Assembly (NCBI GenBank): GCA_046290465.1
Contig: JBKAGP010000001.1
Span: forward strand, 5,600,001-5,664,000
DNA length: 64,000 nt
Reading direction: 5' to 3'
Source of the DNA: Planctomycetota bacterium
GTDB taxonomy: Bacteria > Planctomycetota > UBA1135 > UBA2386
Part shown: one piece after another, positions 49,048 through 58,051 of the stretch
How the letters are laid out: the number at the start of each line of letters is the position of its first letter
Numbering within the stretch: position 1 is the first letter of the stretch
Made by a program: the position numbers and the translations under genes
Notes under the pieces: generated by a model
Database searches by the model: none
What the model saw: only the letters and a program-made list of their open reading frames with translations
What the model was told of the DNA's origin: nothing

Positions 49048-50547
49048 TCAGCGGAGCCGCAGCTCGATCCGTTCCGGCAGGGCCGCGCGCATGGCGTCGC
49101 GCGCCGGCTGTTCGAGGGAGCCGGCGAACACCGTCACGACGCGCAGCGAACGGCAGCCGGCGAGCGGCCGCAGCGTGTCGGCCAGCACGCTCGGCGCCGG
49201 CACGATCCTCCTGGGCCGTTGGCCGTGCTCGCCGACCGCGCGCCAGCGCGCCGCGAGCGTCACCCGTTCGAGCTTCGGCAGGCCGGCCATCGGCTCGAGG
49301 TCGAGGCCGTGGTGCCAGGTGAGGTCGAGCCTGCGCAGCGACGGCTGGCTGCCGATTGCCCGCGCCAGCTCGGGCGGCGTCTGCTGGCTCCAGTCGAACG
49401 TCTGCAGGCGCAGCGATCCCAGCAGGTCGGCGACTTCGCGGGCGGTGCGCTGCCGCTGTGCGTCGTCGCCGCCGACGCGGCCGAACGCGAGCTGCTGCAG
49501 GCCGTCGAAGCGGCGCATGCTGCGGATCGCGTCCGACGGGATCACCTGGTTCGACGACAACGACAGGCGCTCGAGCGCGTCCGGCAGCGCGTCGACGTGC
49601 GCCTTGGTCCACGTCATGCCGAGCAGCGTCAGGTCGCGCAGCTGCTCGAGCCGATGCAGCGCCTGCAGTTGGCGCGCGTCGGGTTGCCAGTCGGATGGCA
49701 CCGGCAGCCCGGGCAGCGCCGTCGGTTCCGGGCCGAGGCCGGTGATGCGCAGCAGGCGCAGGTTGGTCAGTGAGGTGAGCGCTTCGAAGCAGGCGTCGTC
49801 GAGCTGGTTGCAGCGGTAGAACTCGAGTTCGCGCAGGCCCGCAACGGTCCCGAGCGCGCGCAGGCCCGCAGGGGACATCGGTGCGTCGAGCAGACGCAGG
49901 CGGGTCAAGGCCGGCCACGTCGCCAGCACCGCAACGGTGTCCGGCTCGATGCGGAGCGATGCGCCGCGCACCTCGAAGCTGCGCAACCGCGGGCAGCGCG
50001 CGAGCAGTTCGAGGTGTTCGGTCGACATCATGGCGGTGAACGGCAGGCCGAGTACCTCGAGGTTCGCGCAGCGGGTGAGCGGTTCGAGGGTGTCGAGGCC
50101 GGCTCGCTGCCAGGCCTGCTGGCCGCCGCGCACCGTGCGCGGGTTCATCGAGACATAGCGGAGCTGCGGGAACTCCGGCAGCACCGCGAGGTCGTCCGGC
50201 ATGCCTTCCTCGAGGCGGATGGCGACGGTGCCGCGGTCGAGCGCGCGCAACGCCGCGCCGCCCTCGGCCGCGATCGGGATCGGGATCGGCGCCGGCTGTT
50301 GCGATGCCCGGTCGAGGTCGTCCTGGCGCAGCCACCAGACCGCCAGCGCGACCGCGACGCCGAACAGCGCGGCTGCGGCCGGCAGGGCGTGCGCCGGGCG
50401 GCTCGCGGCCGGGTCCACCGTCGCTTCGGCGAGCGGGTCGCCGGTCACCACTTCGGCCAGCGCGGCCTCGAACAGCCGTTCGCGGACCGCGTCGCGAACT
50501 GCTGGCTCGTGGTCGGTCGCTGGGGGGCGGGAATCGTCGTGCGTCAT
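49048..50547 (-). CDS. Putative anti-sigma factor: N-terminal domain, TM and leucine-rich repeats
   Basis: ERLFEAALAEV; TM AAAALFGVAVALAVWW; LxxLxxLxL repeats; ATGA overlap with the ECF gene. Confidence 0.75.
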   Translation of the reverse strand: MTHDDSRPPATDHEPAVRDAVRERLFEAALAEVVTGDPLAEATVDPAASRPAHALPAAAALFGVAVALAVWWLRQDDLDRASQQPAPIPIPIAAEGGAALRALDRGTVAIRLEEGMPDDLAVLPEFPQLRYVSMNPRTVRGGQQAWQRAGLDTLEPLTRCANLEVLGLPFTAMMSTEHLELLARCPRLRSFEVRGASLRIEPDTVAVLATWPALTRLRLLDAPMSPAGLRALGTVAGLRELEFYRCNQLDDACFEALTSLTNLRLLRITGLGPEPTALPGLPVPSDWQPDARQLQALHRLEQLRDLTLLGMTWTKAHVDALPDALERLSLSSNQVIPSDAIRSMRRFDGLQQLAFGRVGGDDAQRQRTAREVADLLGSLRLQTFDWSQQTPPELARAIGSQPSLRRLDLTWHHGLDLEPMAGLPKLERVTLAARWRAVGEHGQRPRRIVPAPSVLADTLRPLAGCRSLRVVTVFAGSLEQPARDAMRAALPERIELRLR

Positions 50548-51065
50548 GCCTTCCTCCGCTTGCGTTCGATGCAGGCGCGCAGCGCGGCGCGCAGGCGCCG
50601 CAGCGCCGTCTTGACCCCCTGTGGCCGCATGCCGAGCTCGCGGCCGATCCGTTCGCGGCCGAGTTCGTCGGCGTAGGCTGCCTCGAGCAGCCGCCGCGGC
50701 CTGGCCGCGAGTTCGGCGACGCAGGCGCGCAGTTCGGCCACGTAACCGTCGCCGTCGCCGTCGCCGCACTGCTCGCGCCAGACCTCGTCGGCCAGTTCGA
50801 CCTCGCGCCGGCGTTGCGTCGAACGCGCTTGCTGCCGCAGCAGGTTGCAGGCCGTACGGCGAAGGAACGTGCGGGTCTCGCCGTCGCTGCGGTGCTCGAA
50901 GCTGCCGCGCAGCAGCACCACGAAGCACTCCTGCACCAGGTCGTCGACGCGGTCGGCCGCGCAGCCGAGCACGCGCAGGTAGCGCTGCAGGGCGGTGCGG
51001 TGCCGTTCGCTCCGGTGCTCGAACTCGGGCACGTCGGTCGCAGGGGCTCGGTGGGCGCGGGGCAT
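50544..51065 (-). CDS. ECF sigma-70 factor
   Basis: LQRYLRVLGC..VDDLVQECF, FLRRTACN, GVKTALRRLRAALRACIE. Confidence 0.88.
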   Translation of the reverse strand: MPRAHRAPATDVPEFEHRSERHRTALQRYLRVLGCAADRVDDLVQECFVVLLRGSFEHRSDGETRTFLRRTACNLLRQQARSTQRRREVELADEVWREQCGDGDGDGYVAELRACVAELAARPRRLLEAAYADELGRERIGRELGMRPQGVKTALRRLRAALRACIERKRRKA

Positions 51066-51112
51066 CTGCTGCCAGATGCCCGCGCGCGCCGGCGGGGGTT
51101 CAGGAATCCCTG

Positions 51113-52432
51113 CTACTTGTCGTCGAGCTGCCGGTAGCGGCCGCGGTACTTCTTGGCGAGCTCCGTCTGCTTGTTGCGCAGGTCGACCTGACGGCCCTGG
51201 ATCCACGCGAGTTCGATGGAGGTCGTCAGCTCGAACGGGCTGCCGTCGGCGACGAACAGCGTCGCGTCCTTGCCCTGCTCGAGCGTGCCGAGCCGATCGC
51301 CGACGCCGAGGATCTCGGCCGGCAGCCGCGTCACCGACGCCAGCGTCGTGGCCTCGTCCAGGCCGAACGCCATCGCGGTCGCGGCGTGGTAGGGGAGGTT
51401 GCGGTCGTTGGAGTAGTCGTCGCCGGTCGCGATGCAGAACCGCACGCCGGCCTGGTGCAGGTCGCGCGGCAGCGTGAACGGCTCGTCGTAGGCTGCGTCC
51501 GCGCGACGAGGCAGGCGGTGCACGCCGTCGAGCACGACCGGCACGTCGTGCTGCTTCAGCAGCGCGGCACAGGCGCGCGCCTCGTGGCCGCCGACGATCA
51601 CCAGCTTCAGCCCGCGCCGCTTGCCCCACAGCACCGCCGACTCGATCTGTTCGACGGAGTTGGCCAGCACGAACACCGGCCGTTCGCCGCGCAGGGCCGG
51701 CACCAGCGCCTCCTTGCGGATGTCGCGCGCGATCGACGGGTCGTGCTGCCGGGCCTCGGCCCAGGCCTTGGCCGCCGCGAACGCGTCGTCGATGGCCTGG
51801 CGGCGCTCGGCGACGCTCGGCCGGTCCCCGGTCGACGGGCTGCGGCGGAACCGGAACCGGCCGCCGGTGTCCGACGGCCACGAGACCACCGGGCCGGCGT
51901 CGCGACGCACCGCCATGTCGGCGTTGGTCCAGCCGTCGAGCTGGATCAGCGACGCGCGGCCGGGCAGCGTACCGCCGGTCGGGAACGTCAGCGCGGCGAG
52001 CACGCCGTTGCTGCGCGCGACCGGGATCGCGGCGGAGTCCGGGTTGACCGCGGTCGCGGCGATCGCCTCGGGCGACATGTCACCGAGCTCGTTGGTGTCG
52101 ACGGACTGCGGCACCTGGCCGATCTCGACCAGCCCGAGCGAGGTGTGCGCCGAGATCATGCCGGGGAACACGTGGCGGCCCTTCAGGTCGATGCGCAGCG
52201 GTTCGGACTCGACGCGGCCGAGCCGCGGGTTCTGGCCGTTCGGCAGCACACCGCGGATCTTGCCGTCGGCGAACCAGACGGTGCCCCCGAGGATGATCTT
52301 GCCGGTGGCGGTGTGGATGGTCGCGTTGCTCAGGATCACCGCGCCGCGCTGGGGCGCGGCCTTCGGCAGCAGGTCCTGGGCGGGCGCGGCGGACAGCAGC
52401 ACAGCGGCTGCGATGCAGGTCGTACGGATCAT
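51113..52432 (-). CDS. Secreted amidohydrolase-family protein (degenerate metal site)
   Basis: NATIHT, IDLKGRHVFPGMISAHTSLG, G.LEQGKDATL; ATGA overlap with the upstream gene. Confidence 0.85.
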   Translation of the reverse strand: MIRTTCIAAAVLLSAAPAQDLLPKAAPQRGAVILSNATIHTATGKIILGGTVWFADGKIRGVLPNGQNPRLGRVESEPLRIDLKGRHVFPGMISAHTSLGLVEIGQVPQSVDTNELGDMSPEAIAATAVNPDSAAIPVARSNGVLAALTFPTGGTLPGRASLIQLDGWTNADMAVRRDAGPVVSWPSDTGGRFRFRRSPSTGDRPSVAERRQAIDDAFAAAKAWAEARQHDPSIARDIRKEALVPALRGERPVFVLANSVEQIESAVLWGKRRGLKLVIVGGHEARACAALLKQHDVPVVLDGVHRLPRRADAAYDEPFTLPRDLHQAGVRFCIATGDDYSNDRNLPYHAATAMAFGLDEATTLASVTRLPAEILGVGDRLGTLEQGKDATLFVADGSPFELTTSIELAWIQGRQVDLRNKQTELAKKYRGRYRQLDDK

Positions 52433-55400
52433 CGGCGGCCTCCCTGTTGGTTGCGGCAGCAGTAGTCGTCGCGGGTCTCCTCGGCGCGCCAGTAGGCGTC
52501 GTTGGGATCGCCCTCCCGGGCGCGGCGGCTGCCGCCCAGGCCTGCGGCGATCGCCAGCTGCAGCAGGCGCTGCCGCTCCTTCAGGATGCCGGAGCGCAGC
52601 TGCGCGTCGCGTTCGAGCGAGAACATCAGGCGGCCGTCGACCCAGGTCGCCTCGCAACGCGCCGCGTAGCTCAGCGGGTTGGCCGACCACAGCGCGATGT
52701 CGGCGTCCTTGCCCTTGCTCAGCGAACCGGTCTGCTCGAACACGCCGAGCTGCATCGCCGGGTTGCGCGTCACGAAGTGCAGCGCTTCGGCCTCGGCGAC
52801 GCCGCCGTACTTGACCGCCTTGCCGGCTTCGGTGTTGAGGCGCCGCGCGTGCTCGTTGCTGTCGCTGTTGAACGACACGTTGACGCCGGCCTCGTGCAGG
52901 ATCGCGCCGTTCTCGGGGATCGCGTCGTAGACCTCCAGCTTGTAGGCCCACCAGTCGCTGAACGACGAGGCGCCGACCGCCGAGCGCCGGATCGCGTCGG
53001 CGACCTTGTAGCCCTCGAGCACGTGCTGGAACGTGCCGATCTTGATCGCGTATTCGTCGGCCAGGCCGCACAGCATGAAGATCTCGTCCTGCCGGTAGCT
53101 GTGGCAGTGGATCCAGCGCCGCTTCTGCAGCACCTCGGCCAGCGCCTGCAGCTCGAGGTCGACGCGCGGCGGCAGCACCTTGGCCCGGTCGCGCGGCGCC
53201 AGCGCCGTGTAGGCGGCGTGCTCGCGCGCATAGGCCTCGGCCGCGGCGAAGCGGTCGCGCAGCACGCCTTCGACGCCCATGCGGGTGCCGGGATAGCGCG
53301 TGCTGGGATCGCCGCGGCGGTTGACGCGCCGCGGGTTCTCGCCGAGCGCGAACTTGATGCCCGGCATCGAGCCGGCGAAGAACATGTCGTCGGGCTCGGC
53401 GACGCCGAAGCGCACCTTGACCGTGTTCGACTGGCCGCCGATCACGTTGGCCGAGCCGTGCAGCTGGTTGACCGCGGTGACGCCGCCGGCCAGCTGCCGG
53501 TACCAGTTGACGTCGTCGGGATCGAGCACGTCCTGGATGCGCACCTCGCTGGTGACCGCCTGGCCGCTCTCGTTGACGCCGCGGGAGATGCCGGTGTGCG
53601 AGTGGCAGTCGATGATGCCGGTGGTCACGTGCTTGCCGACGCCGTCGACCATCTGGGTGTTGCTCGGCAGGTCGGGGATGTCCTCGAGCTTGCCGGCGAA
53701 CACGATGTGGCCGTCGTGCACGTAGACGGCGCCGTTGTCGATCTTGCCGCGGCCGTCGCCGGTCCAGACGGTCGCGCCGGTGATCGCGAAGCTGCGCCGC
53801 GCGGGCAGCGACTCGAGGCCGTAGCCTCCCAGCGGCGTCGGCAGCGCGACCGGTTCGGTCGGCGCCTTCGGCTCGGTGGGCTCCTGCTTCGGCTCGTCGG
53901 TCTGCTGCCGCGCGGCTGCGACCTGCAGCGCGCGGCCGTCGGGCGTCGTGCAGACGCCGGCGAGTTCGCCGTCCTCGAGGCGCAGCCGCAACCAGAACGT
54001 GCCTTCGCCGATCGCGGTGCCGGAGAGCTGGCAGGTCATCGAGGTCGCGGTGCGCTTGACGTTCGCGACCTTCAACTTCACGTCGCCGGCGGTGACCGTC
54101 AGCTTCTTGCCGTCGATGGTCAGCGTGACCGCGGCCGCGCCCGGTTCGCCCGGGAAGCCGTCGGTCCACGACCACGGGCCGTCGAGGCCGAGGTCCTCGG
54201 GTGCCTGCACGACGTGGCGGCGACCGCCGACCCAGACGTCGCGCACGACGCGGTCCTTGCCGAACAGCGTGCCTTCGACGACGACCAGGTTGGCCAGCTT
54301 GCCGGTCGTGATGGTGCCGCAGTGGGCGTCGATGCCTAGCAGCCGCGCCGGCGTCGTGGTGACCGCCGCGAGCGCCTGTTCGTCGGAGACACCGTGCTGC
54401 TGCGCGTCGCGCACGCGCGCGGCGAAGTCCTTACGGTCGCGCAGGCGCGCGGTCGTCCATGCGATCGTGGCGCCGGCGTCGAGCAGCCGGCGGCTGTTGC
54501 TCGGGGCGTGCTCCCACGACTGCAGCTGGCGCAGGCTGACGCGGTCGGCGTTGGCCGCGGTCGACACGTCGGGCGCGTCGGGCAGCTGCAGCGGCACCAC
54601 GATCGGTGCGCCGCGCTGTGCCAGCGCCGCCAGCCGGCGGAACTCCATGCCGCTGCCGACGATCACCGGCTGCCGCGAGAACTCGGCGGCGACGCGCAGC
54701 GCACGCAGCGCCTGCAGCTCGTTCTGGGTGTCGAACCACAGCGGCATCTGCCGCTGCCGGGCGATCGCCGCCAGCACGCGCGATGGCTGCGGGGCCGCGG
54801 CCGCGAGCGAGGCGTCCGCGGCGACCGCGCGCTGGCAGCGCTCGTACCAGTCGCCGTCGGACAGCGACTGCCGCAGCAGGGCGATTGCACCCATCTCGCT
54901 GTTGGGGTAGCCGCCGCGGTTGGTCTGCAGGCTCGCGACCGCGTATGCGTGCGAACGCAGCACGCGCGCCGGCGCGGTGTCGCTCGGCTCGTCGAGCAGC
55001 ACGACCGCGCTGGTGCCCTTCAGGATGCCGCCCGACGGCGCTGCGGCGACGGTGGTGTAGCCGAGCGCGCGCAGGCCCTTGCGGTCGGCGGCGCCGATCA
55101 GGGCGCCGTCGAGCGCGTTGCGCTGCGGCTGCACCATCGCATTCCAGTGCTGGTCGGTGGTGTCCTCGTCGAGCGACGGCACGTCCGAGGCGAAGAACGG
55201 CTCGACCAGGCCGGGGTAGATCGTCAGGCCGCTGCAATCGATCACGGTGGCGCCGGCGGGCGTGGCGGCGGCCGTGCCGACCGCCGTGATCCGGCCGTCG
55301 CGCATCACGATCGTCGCGCGCTCGAGCGCCTTGCCCGGCTGGGGCACGACGCGCGCGTTCTGCAGGGCATACCAACCCGGGTCGACCGGTCGGGGTCCGT

Positions 55401-55470
55401 TGTGCGGCGGACCCTGAGCGATGGCCGAAGCCGTCAGGATGGCGAGAACGACAACATGGCCGATTCGCAT
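52429..55470 (-). CDS. Secreted double amidohydrolase-domain protein
   Basis: Two modules: IYPGLVEP...GKLANLVV and GIIDCHSH...HCHSY...FQHVLEG...NSD...GKDADI. Confidence 0.88.
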   Translation of the reverse strand: MRIGHVVVLAILTASAIAQGPPHNGPRPVDPGWYALQNARVVPQPGKALERATIVMRDGRITAVGTAAATPAGATVIDCSGLTIYPGLVEPFFASDVPSLDEDTTDQHWNAMVQPQRNALDGALIGAADRKGLRALGYTTVAAAPSGGILKGTSAVVLLDEPSDTAPARVLRSHAYAVASLQTNRGGYPNSEMGAIALLRQSLSDGDWYERCQRAVAADASLAAAAPQPSRVLAAIARQRQMPLWFDTQNELQALRALRVAAEFSRQPVIVGSGMEFRRLAALAQRGAPIVVPLQLPDAPDVSTAANADRVSLRQLQSWEHAPSNSRRLLDAGATIAWTTARLRDRKDFAARVRDAQQHGVSDEQALAAVTTTPARLLGIDAHCGTITTGKLANLVVVEGTLFGKDRVVRDVWVGGRRHVVQAPEDLGLDGPWSWTDGFPGEPGAAAVTLTIDGKKLTVTAGDVKLKVANVKRTATSMTCQLSGTAIGEGTFWLRLRLEDGELAGVCTTPDGRALQVAAARQQTDEPKQEPTEPKAPTEPVALPTPLGGYGLESLPARRSFAITGATVWTGDGRGKIDNGAVYVHDGHIVFAGKLEDIPDLPSNTQMVDGVGKHVTTGIIDCHSHTGISRGVNESGQAVTSEVRIQDVLDPDDVNWYRQLAGGVTAVNQLHGSANVIGGQSNTVKVRFGVAEPDDMFFAGSMPGIKFALGENPRRVNRRGDPSTRYPGTRMGVEGVLRDRFAAAEAYAREHAAYTALAPRDRAKVLPPRVDLELQALAEVLQKRRWIHCHSYRQDEIFMLCGLADEYAIKIGTFQHVLEGYKVADAIRRSAVGASSFSDWWAYKLEVYDAIPENGAILHEAGVNVSFNSDSNEHARRLNTEAGKAVKYGGVAEAEALHFVTRNPAMQLGVFEQTGSLSKGKDADIALWSANPLSYAARCEATWVDGRLMFSLERDAQLRSGILKERQRLLQLAIAAGLGGSRRAREGDPNDAYWRAEETRDDYCCRNQQGGRR

Positions 55471-55516
55471 GCGCGCAGCATACGGATCGACGGCCGCGGC
55501 CCGCGTACCGGTTTCG

Positions 55517-56134
55517 TCAGTCGCGCGCGGTCAGCGTGCCGCGGTCGCCGAGCACGAACCAGAACGTGTAGCGGTCGACGGTGCCGCCGTCGAAGCTCTC
55601 CTGCACCAGGACCTCGAGTTCGCGCGTCAGGTCGTGGAACCGCACGTCGGCGCGGATCGAGTAGCCGGCGCGGCCTTGGCCGCGGACCTCGGGCCGGAAC
55701 AACCAGTGGCCACCATCGTCGGTGACCGCGCCAGCCACGCGCACCTGGTAGTGCACCGCGGTGCCGCCGAGCAGCGTCGGCACGTCGCGTTCGAGCACGT
55801 CGGTCTGCACCTCGTGCCAGTTGCCGTGAGGGAACTGCACCGCCTCGCGCGCGAGGTGGCCGTCGTCGTCGTAGAACGTGCGCTCCGACCAGTAGAATCC
55901 GGCTGACAGATCCGTGGGCGTGGGGGACTCGACGAACGCGTTGCTCGACGACGGGCCCGCGATCAGGCCGAGGCCCGCATCGAATCGGGTGCCGGTGCCT
56001 TCGCCCGCCAGCGTGCGTTCGGCGCCGAGCACCAGCCAGCGGTCCCCCGGCCGGGCGCCGTCGAGCAGCAGCAGCACGACGCCGACGACGACGATGGCGC
56101 CGACGATCGTCACGATGCGGTTGCGAACGGGCAT
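55517..56134 (-). CDS. Hypothetical membrane-anchored protein
   Basis: N-terminal TM IVTIVGAIVVVGVVLLL; beta-rich remainder. Confidence 0.6.
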   Translation of the reverse strand: MPVRNRIVTIVGAIVVVGVVLLLLDGARPGDRWLVLGAERTLAGEGTGTRFDAGLGLIAGPSSSNAFVESPTPTDLSAGFYWSERTFYDDDGHLAREAVQFPHGNWHEVQTDVLERDVPTLLGGTAVHYQVRVAGAVTDDGGHWLFRPEVRGQGRAGYSIRADVRFHDLTRELEVLVQESFDGGTVDRYTFWFVLGDRGTLTARD

Positions 56135-56215
56135 GCCGAGAGTCTCGCGCGTTCGCGCCCGGGGTCAACGCCGTCGGTGGCCTCGCGGGTCCGGTCGGCC
56201 TACAACGGAGCCGTG

Positions 56216-56782
56216 GTGCAGGTGCAGCGACGGAGCGCTCGCGTTGTGGCGAAGGTCGCGCTGGTCGCGGGGCTCGCCTTCGGGTTTGCCGTGGCCGCAC
56301 AGCTGCGCGTGCCGATGCATCCGGTCCCGATGACGCTGCAGACGGCCGCGGTGCTCGCTGCCGCGCTGCTGCTGGGCTGGCGGCTCGCGGCTGGCGCGGT
56401 GGCGGTCTACCTGCTCGCGGCGATCGCGGGCCTGCCGGTGCTGAGCGGCGGCGGCAGCTTCGCGGAACCGGGCCTGTTCGGTTCGAAGACGGCCGGCTAT
56501 GTGCTCGGGTTCGCGCCGGCCGTGTGGTGCTTCGAACGGCTGCGGCCGGTCACCTGGGGGCGCGCGTTCGTCGCGGCATCGCTCGCGCACGGCGTGGTGC
56601 TGGCGCTCGGATGGTCGTGGCTTGCCACGCACATCGGCGCGCTGCCGGCCTGGTGGCACGGGGTCGTGCCGTTTGCGTTGGGTGCGCTCGCCAAGTCGGC
56701 GCTGGTGGCGTCGCTGGTGCGGTTGCGACGCGCGGACCGTGCCGCGCAGCCGGGCGGCGACGGCAGCAGGACCGTCCGGTAG
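56216..56782 (+). CDS. bioY: Biotin transporter BioY
   Basis: PVPMTLQT, YLLAAIAGLPV, TAGYVLGF, GVVPF..K; start approximate. Confidence 0.88.
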   Translation: MQVQRRSARVVAKVALVAGLAFGFAVAAQLRVPMHPVPMTLQTAAVLAAALLLGWRLAAGAVAVYLLAAIAGLPVLSGGGSFAEPGLFGSKTAGYVLGFAPAVWCFERLRPVTWGRAFVAASLAHGVVLALGWSWLATHIGALPAWWHGVVPFALGALAKSALVASLVRLRRADRAAQPGGDGSRTVR

Positions 56783-56845
56783 CCCGGCCTCGCCGGGGGA
56801 TTTCGTGAACCGCCGCCGCCGTCACGGCGACGATGGCCACGAACG

Positions 56846-57397
56846 ATGTCCCGCCGCTCCGCCGACCAGACCCTGGACGAACTGCTCGTGCTGTCGTGCA
56901 CCGACGGCAACGAGCGCGCGTTCGCGGAACTGCACGGTCGCTGGCAGGCGCGGCTGCGGGCACATGCGGCCCTGCTGCTGGGCCGCACGCTGCGCGACCG
57001 CGTCGACGACGTCTGCCAGGAGGCCTGGCTGGCGATCGCGCACGGCGTGCGCGAGCTGCGCGAGCCGCAGCGCTTCCGGGCCTGGGCCTACTCGATCGTG
57101 ACGCGCCGCGTCGCCGACCTGCGGCGCGCGCTCGGCCGCGACGAGCGCGCGGTCGACGAGCTGCGTCACGCGCAGGCCACCCCCGAGGTGGCCCCGGCCG
57201 AGCAGGGCGAACCGCTGCGGGACGCGCTGCAGACCCTGCCCAGCGAGGACCGCGCGCTGCTGCGCCTGTTCTACCTCGACGAGCTGTCGGTGGCGGAGAC
57301 CGCCGCCGCGCTCGCCATCCCGGCCGGCACCGTCAAGAGCCGGCTGTTCCACGCCCGCCGCCGCCTGCGGCAGGCCCTGCAACGGAGACCGTCATGA
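56846..57397 (+). CDS. ECF sigma-70 factor
   Basis: DELLV..GNERAF, DDVCQEAWL, FRAWAYSI, LSVAETA..GTVKSRLFHAR. Confidence 0.92.
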   Translation: MSRRSADQTLDELLVLSCTDGNERAFAELHGRWQARLRAHAALLLGRTLRDRVDDVCQEAWLAIAHGVRELREPQRFRAWAYSIVTRRVADLRRALGRDERAVDELRHAQATPEVAPAEQGEPLRDALQTLPSEDRALLRLFYLDELSVAETAAALAIPAGTVKSRLFHARRRLRQALQRRPS

Positions 57398-57789
57398 ATG
57401 CGAACGACGAACTGGACGAACAGCTGCGCGCGGCTCTGCGCGAAGAGGACGCCGAACTGCTTATGCGCCTCGACCAGGACCCCGGCATCTTCGACACGCT
57501 GCGCGAGGGCTTCCGCGGCCGGACCGCGTGGTGGGTCTGCATCACCAGCATCGTGCAGGTCGCGATGTTCGGTCTGGCGATCTGGACGGCGATCGGGTTC
57601 TTCGGTGCGACGAGCGTCGACGACCGCGTGTTCTGGGGCGTATGCACGTTGGCGTCGTGGGTTTCGGTGTCGATGCTCAAGATGATGGTGTGGTCGCACG
57701 TCGAGCGCGGCATGCTGCGCCGCGAGGTCAAACGGGTGGAGCTGCAGGTGGCGACGCTGAGCCTGGAGCTGCGCGAGAAGAAGTCGTGA
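57394..57789 (+). CDS. Two-TM putative anti-sigma factor (DUF6768-like)
   Basis: ATGA overlap with the ECF gene; two TMs; C-terminal REVKRVELQVA. Confidence 0.75.
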   Translation: MNANDELDEQLRAALREEDAELLMRLDQDPGIFDTLREGFRGRTAWWVCITSIVQVAMFGLAIWTAIGFFGATSVDDRVFWGVCTLASWVSVSMLKMMVWSHVERGMLRREVKRVELQVATLSLELREKKS

Positions 57790-57804
57790 AGTCGTTCGAC
57801 CCCG

Positions 57805-57832
57805 TTGACAGGTCCGGATCCGGTGCTACTTC
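57805..57832 (+). promoter_or_regulatory. Putative trp operon promoter
   Basis: Perfect TTGACA (57805-57810), then TGcTACTT as a weak extended -10. Confidence 0.5.
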
Positions 57833-57840
57833 TGAGGGCC

Positions 57841-57951
57841 ATGGAACGAGCCACCCAGAACAACCAGTGCGCGCAGAGCCTCGAGCTCACGGGCACCTGG
57901 TGCTGGTGGTGGCAGACCGCGCTCGCGGGCTGCCCGTTCCGTAGTTTCTAG
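57841..57951 (+). CDS. trpL: trp leader peptide (36 aa, MERATQNNQCAQSLELTGTWCWWWQTALAGCPFRSF)
   Basis: Four TGG codons within five codons, immediately upstream of the attenuator and trpE; not in the ORF track. Confidence 0.88.
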   Translation: MERATQNNQCAQSLELTGTWCWWWQTALAGCPFRSF

Positions 57952-58012
57952 TCCTACCTGACGACGAACACGCGAAGGCAGCTCCCGCGCGGGACGCTGC
58001 CTTCTGTCGTTT
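57911..58012 (+). promoter_or_regulatory. Transcription attenuator (1:2, 2:3 and 3:4 hairpins)
   Basis: 1:2 GGCAGaCCGC/GCGGgCTGCC (57911-57934); 3:4 GAAGGCAGCTCCC/GGGAcGCTGCCTTC + TGTCGTTT (57974-58012); 2:3 GCGGGCTGCC pairs with GGCAGCtcCCGC. Confidence 0.82.
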
Positions 58013-58051
58013 CAGGGGGGAGCGCACACCGCGCGGGTCGCCACGAACACG

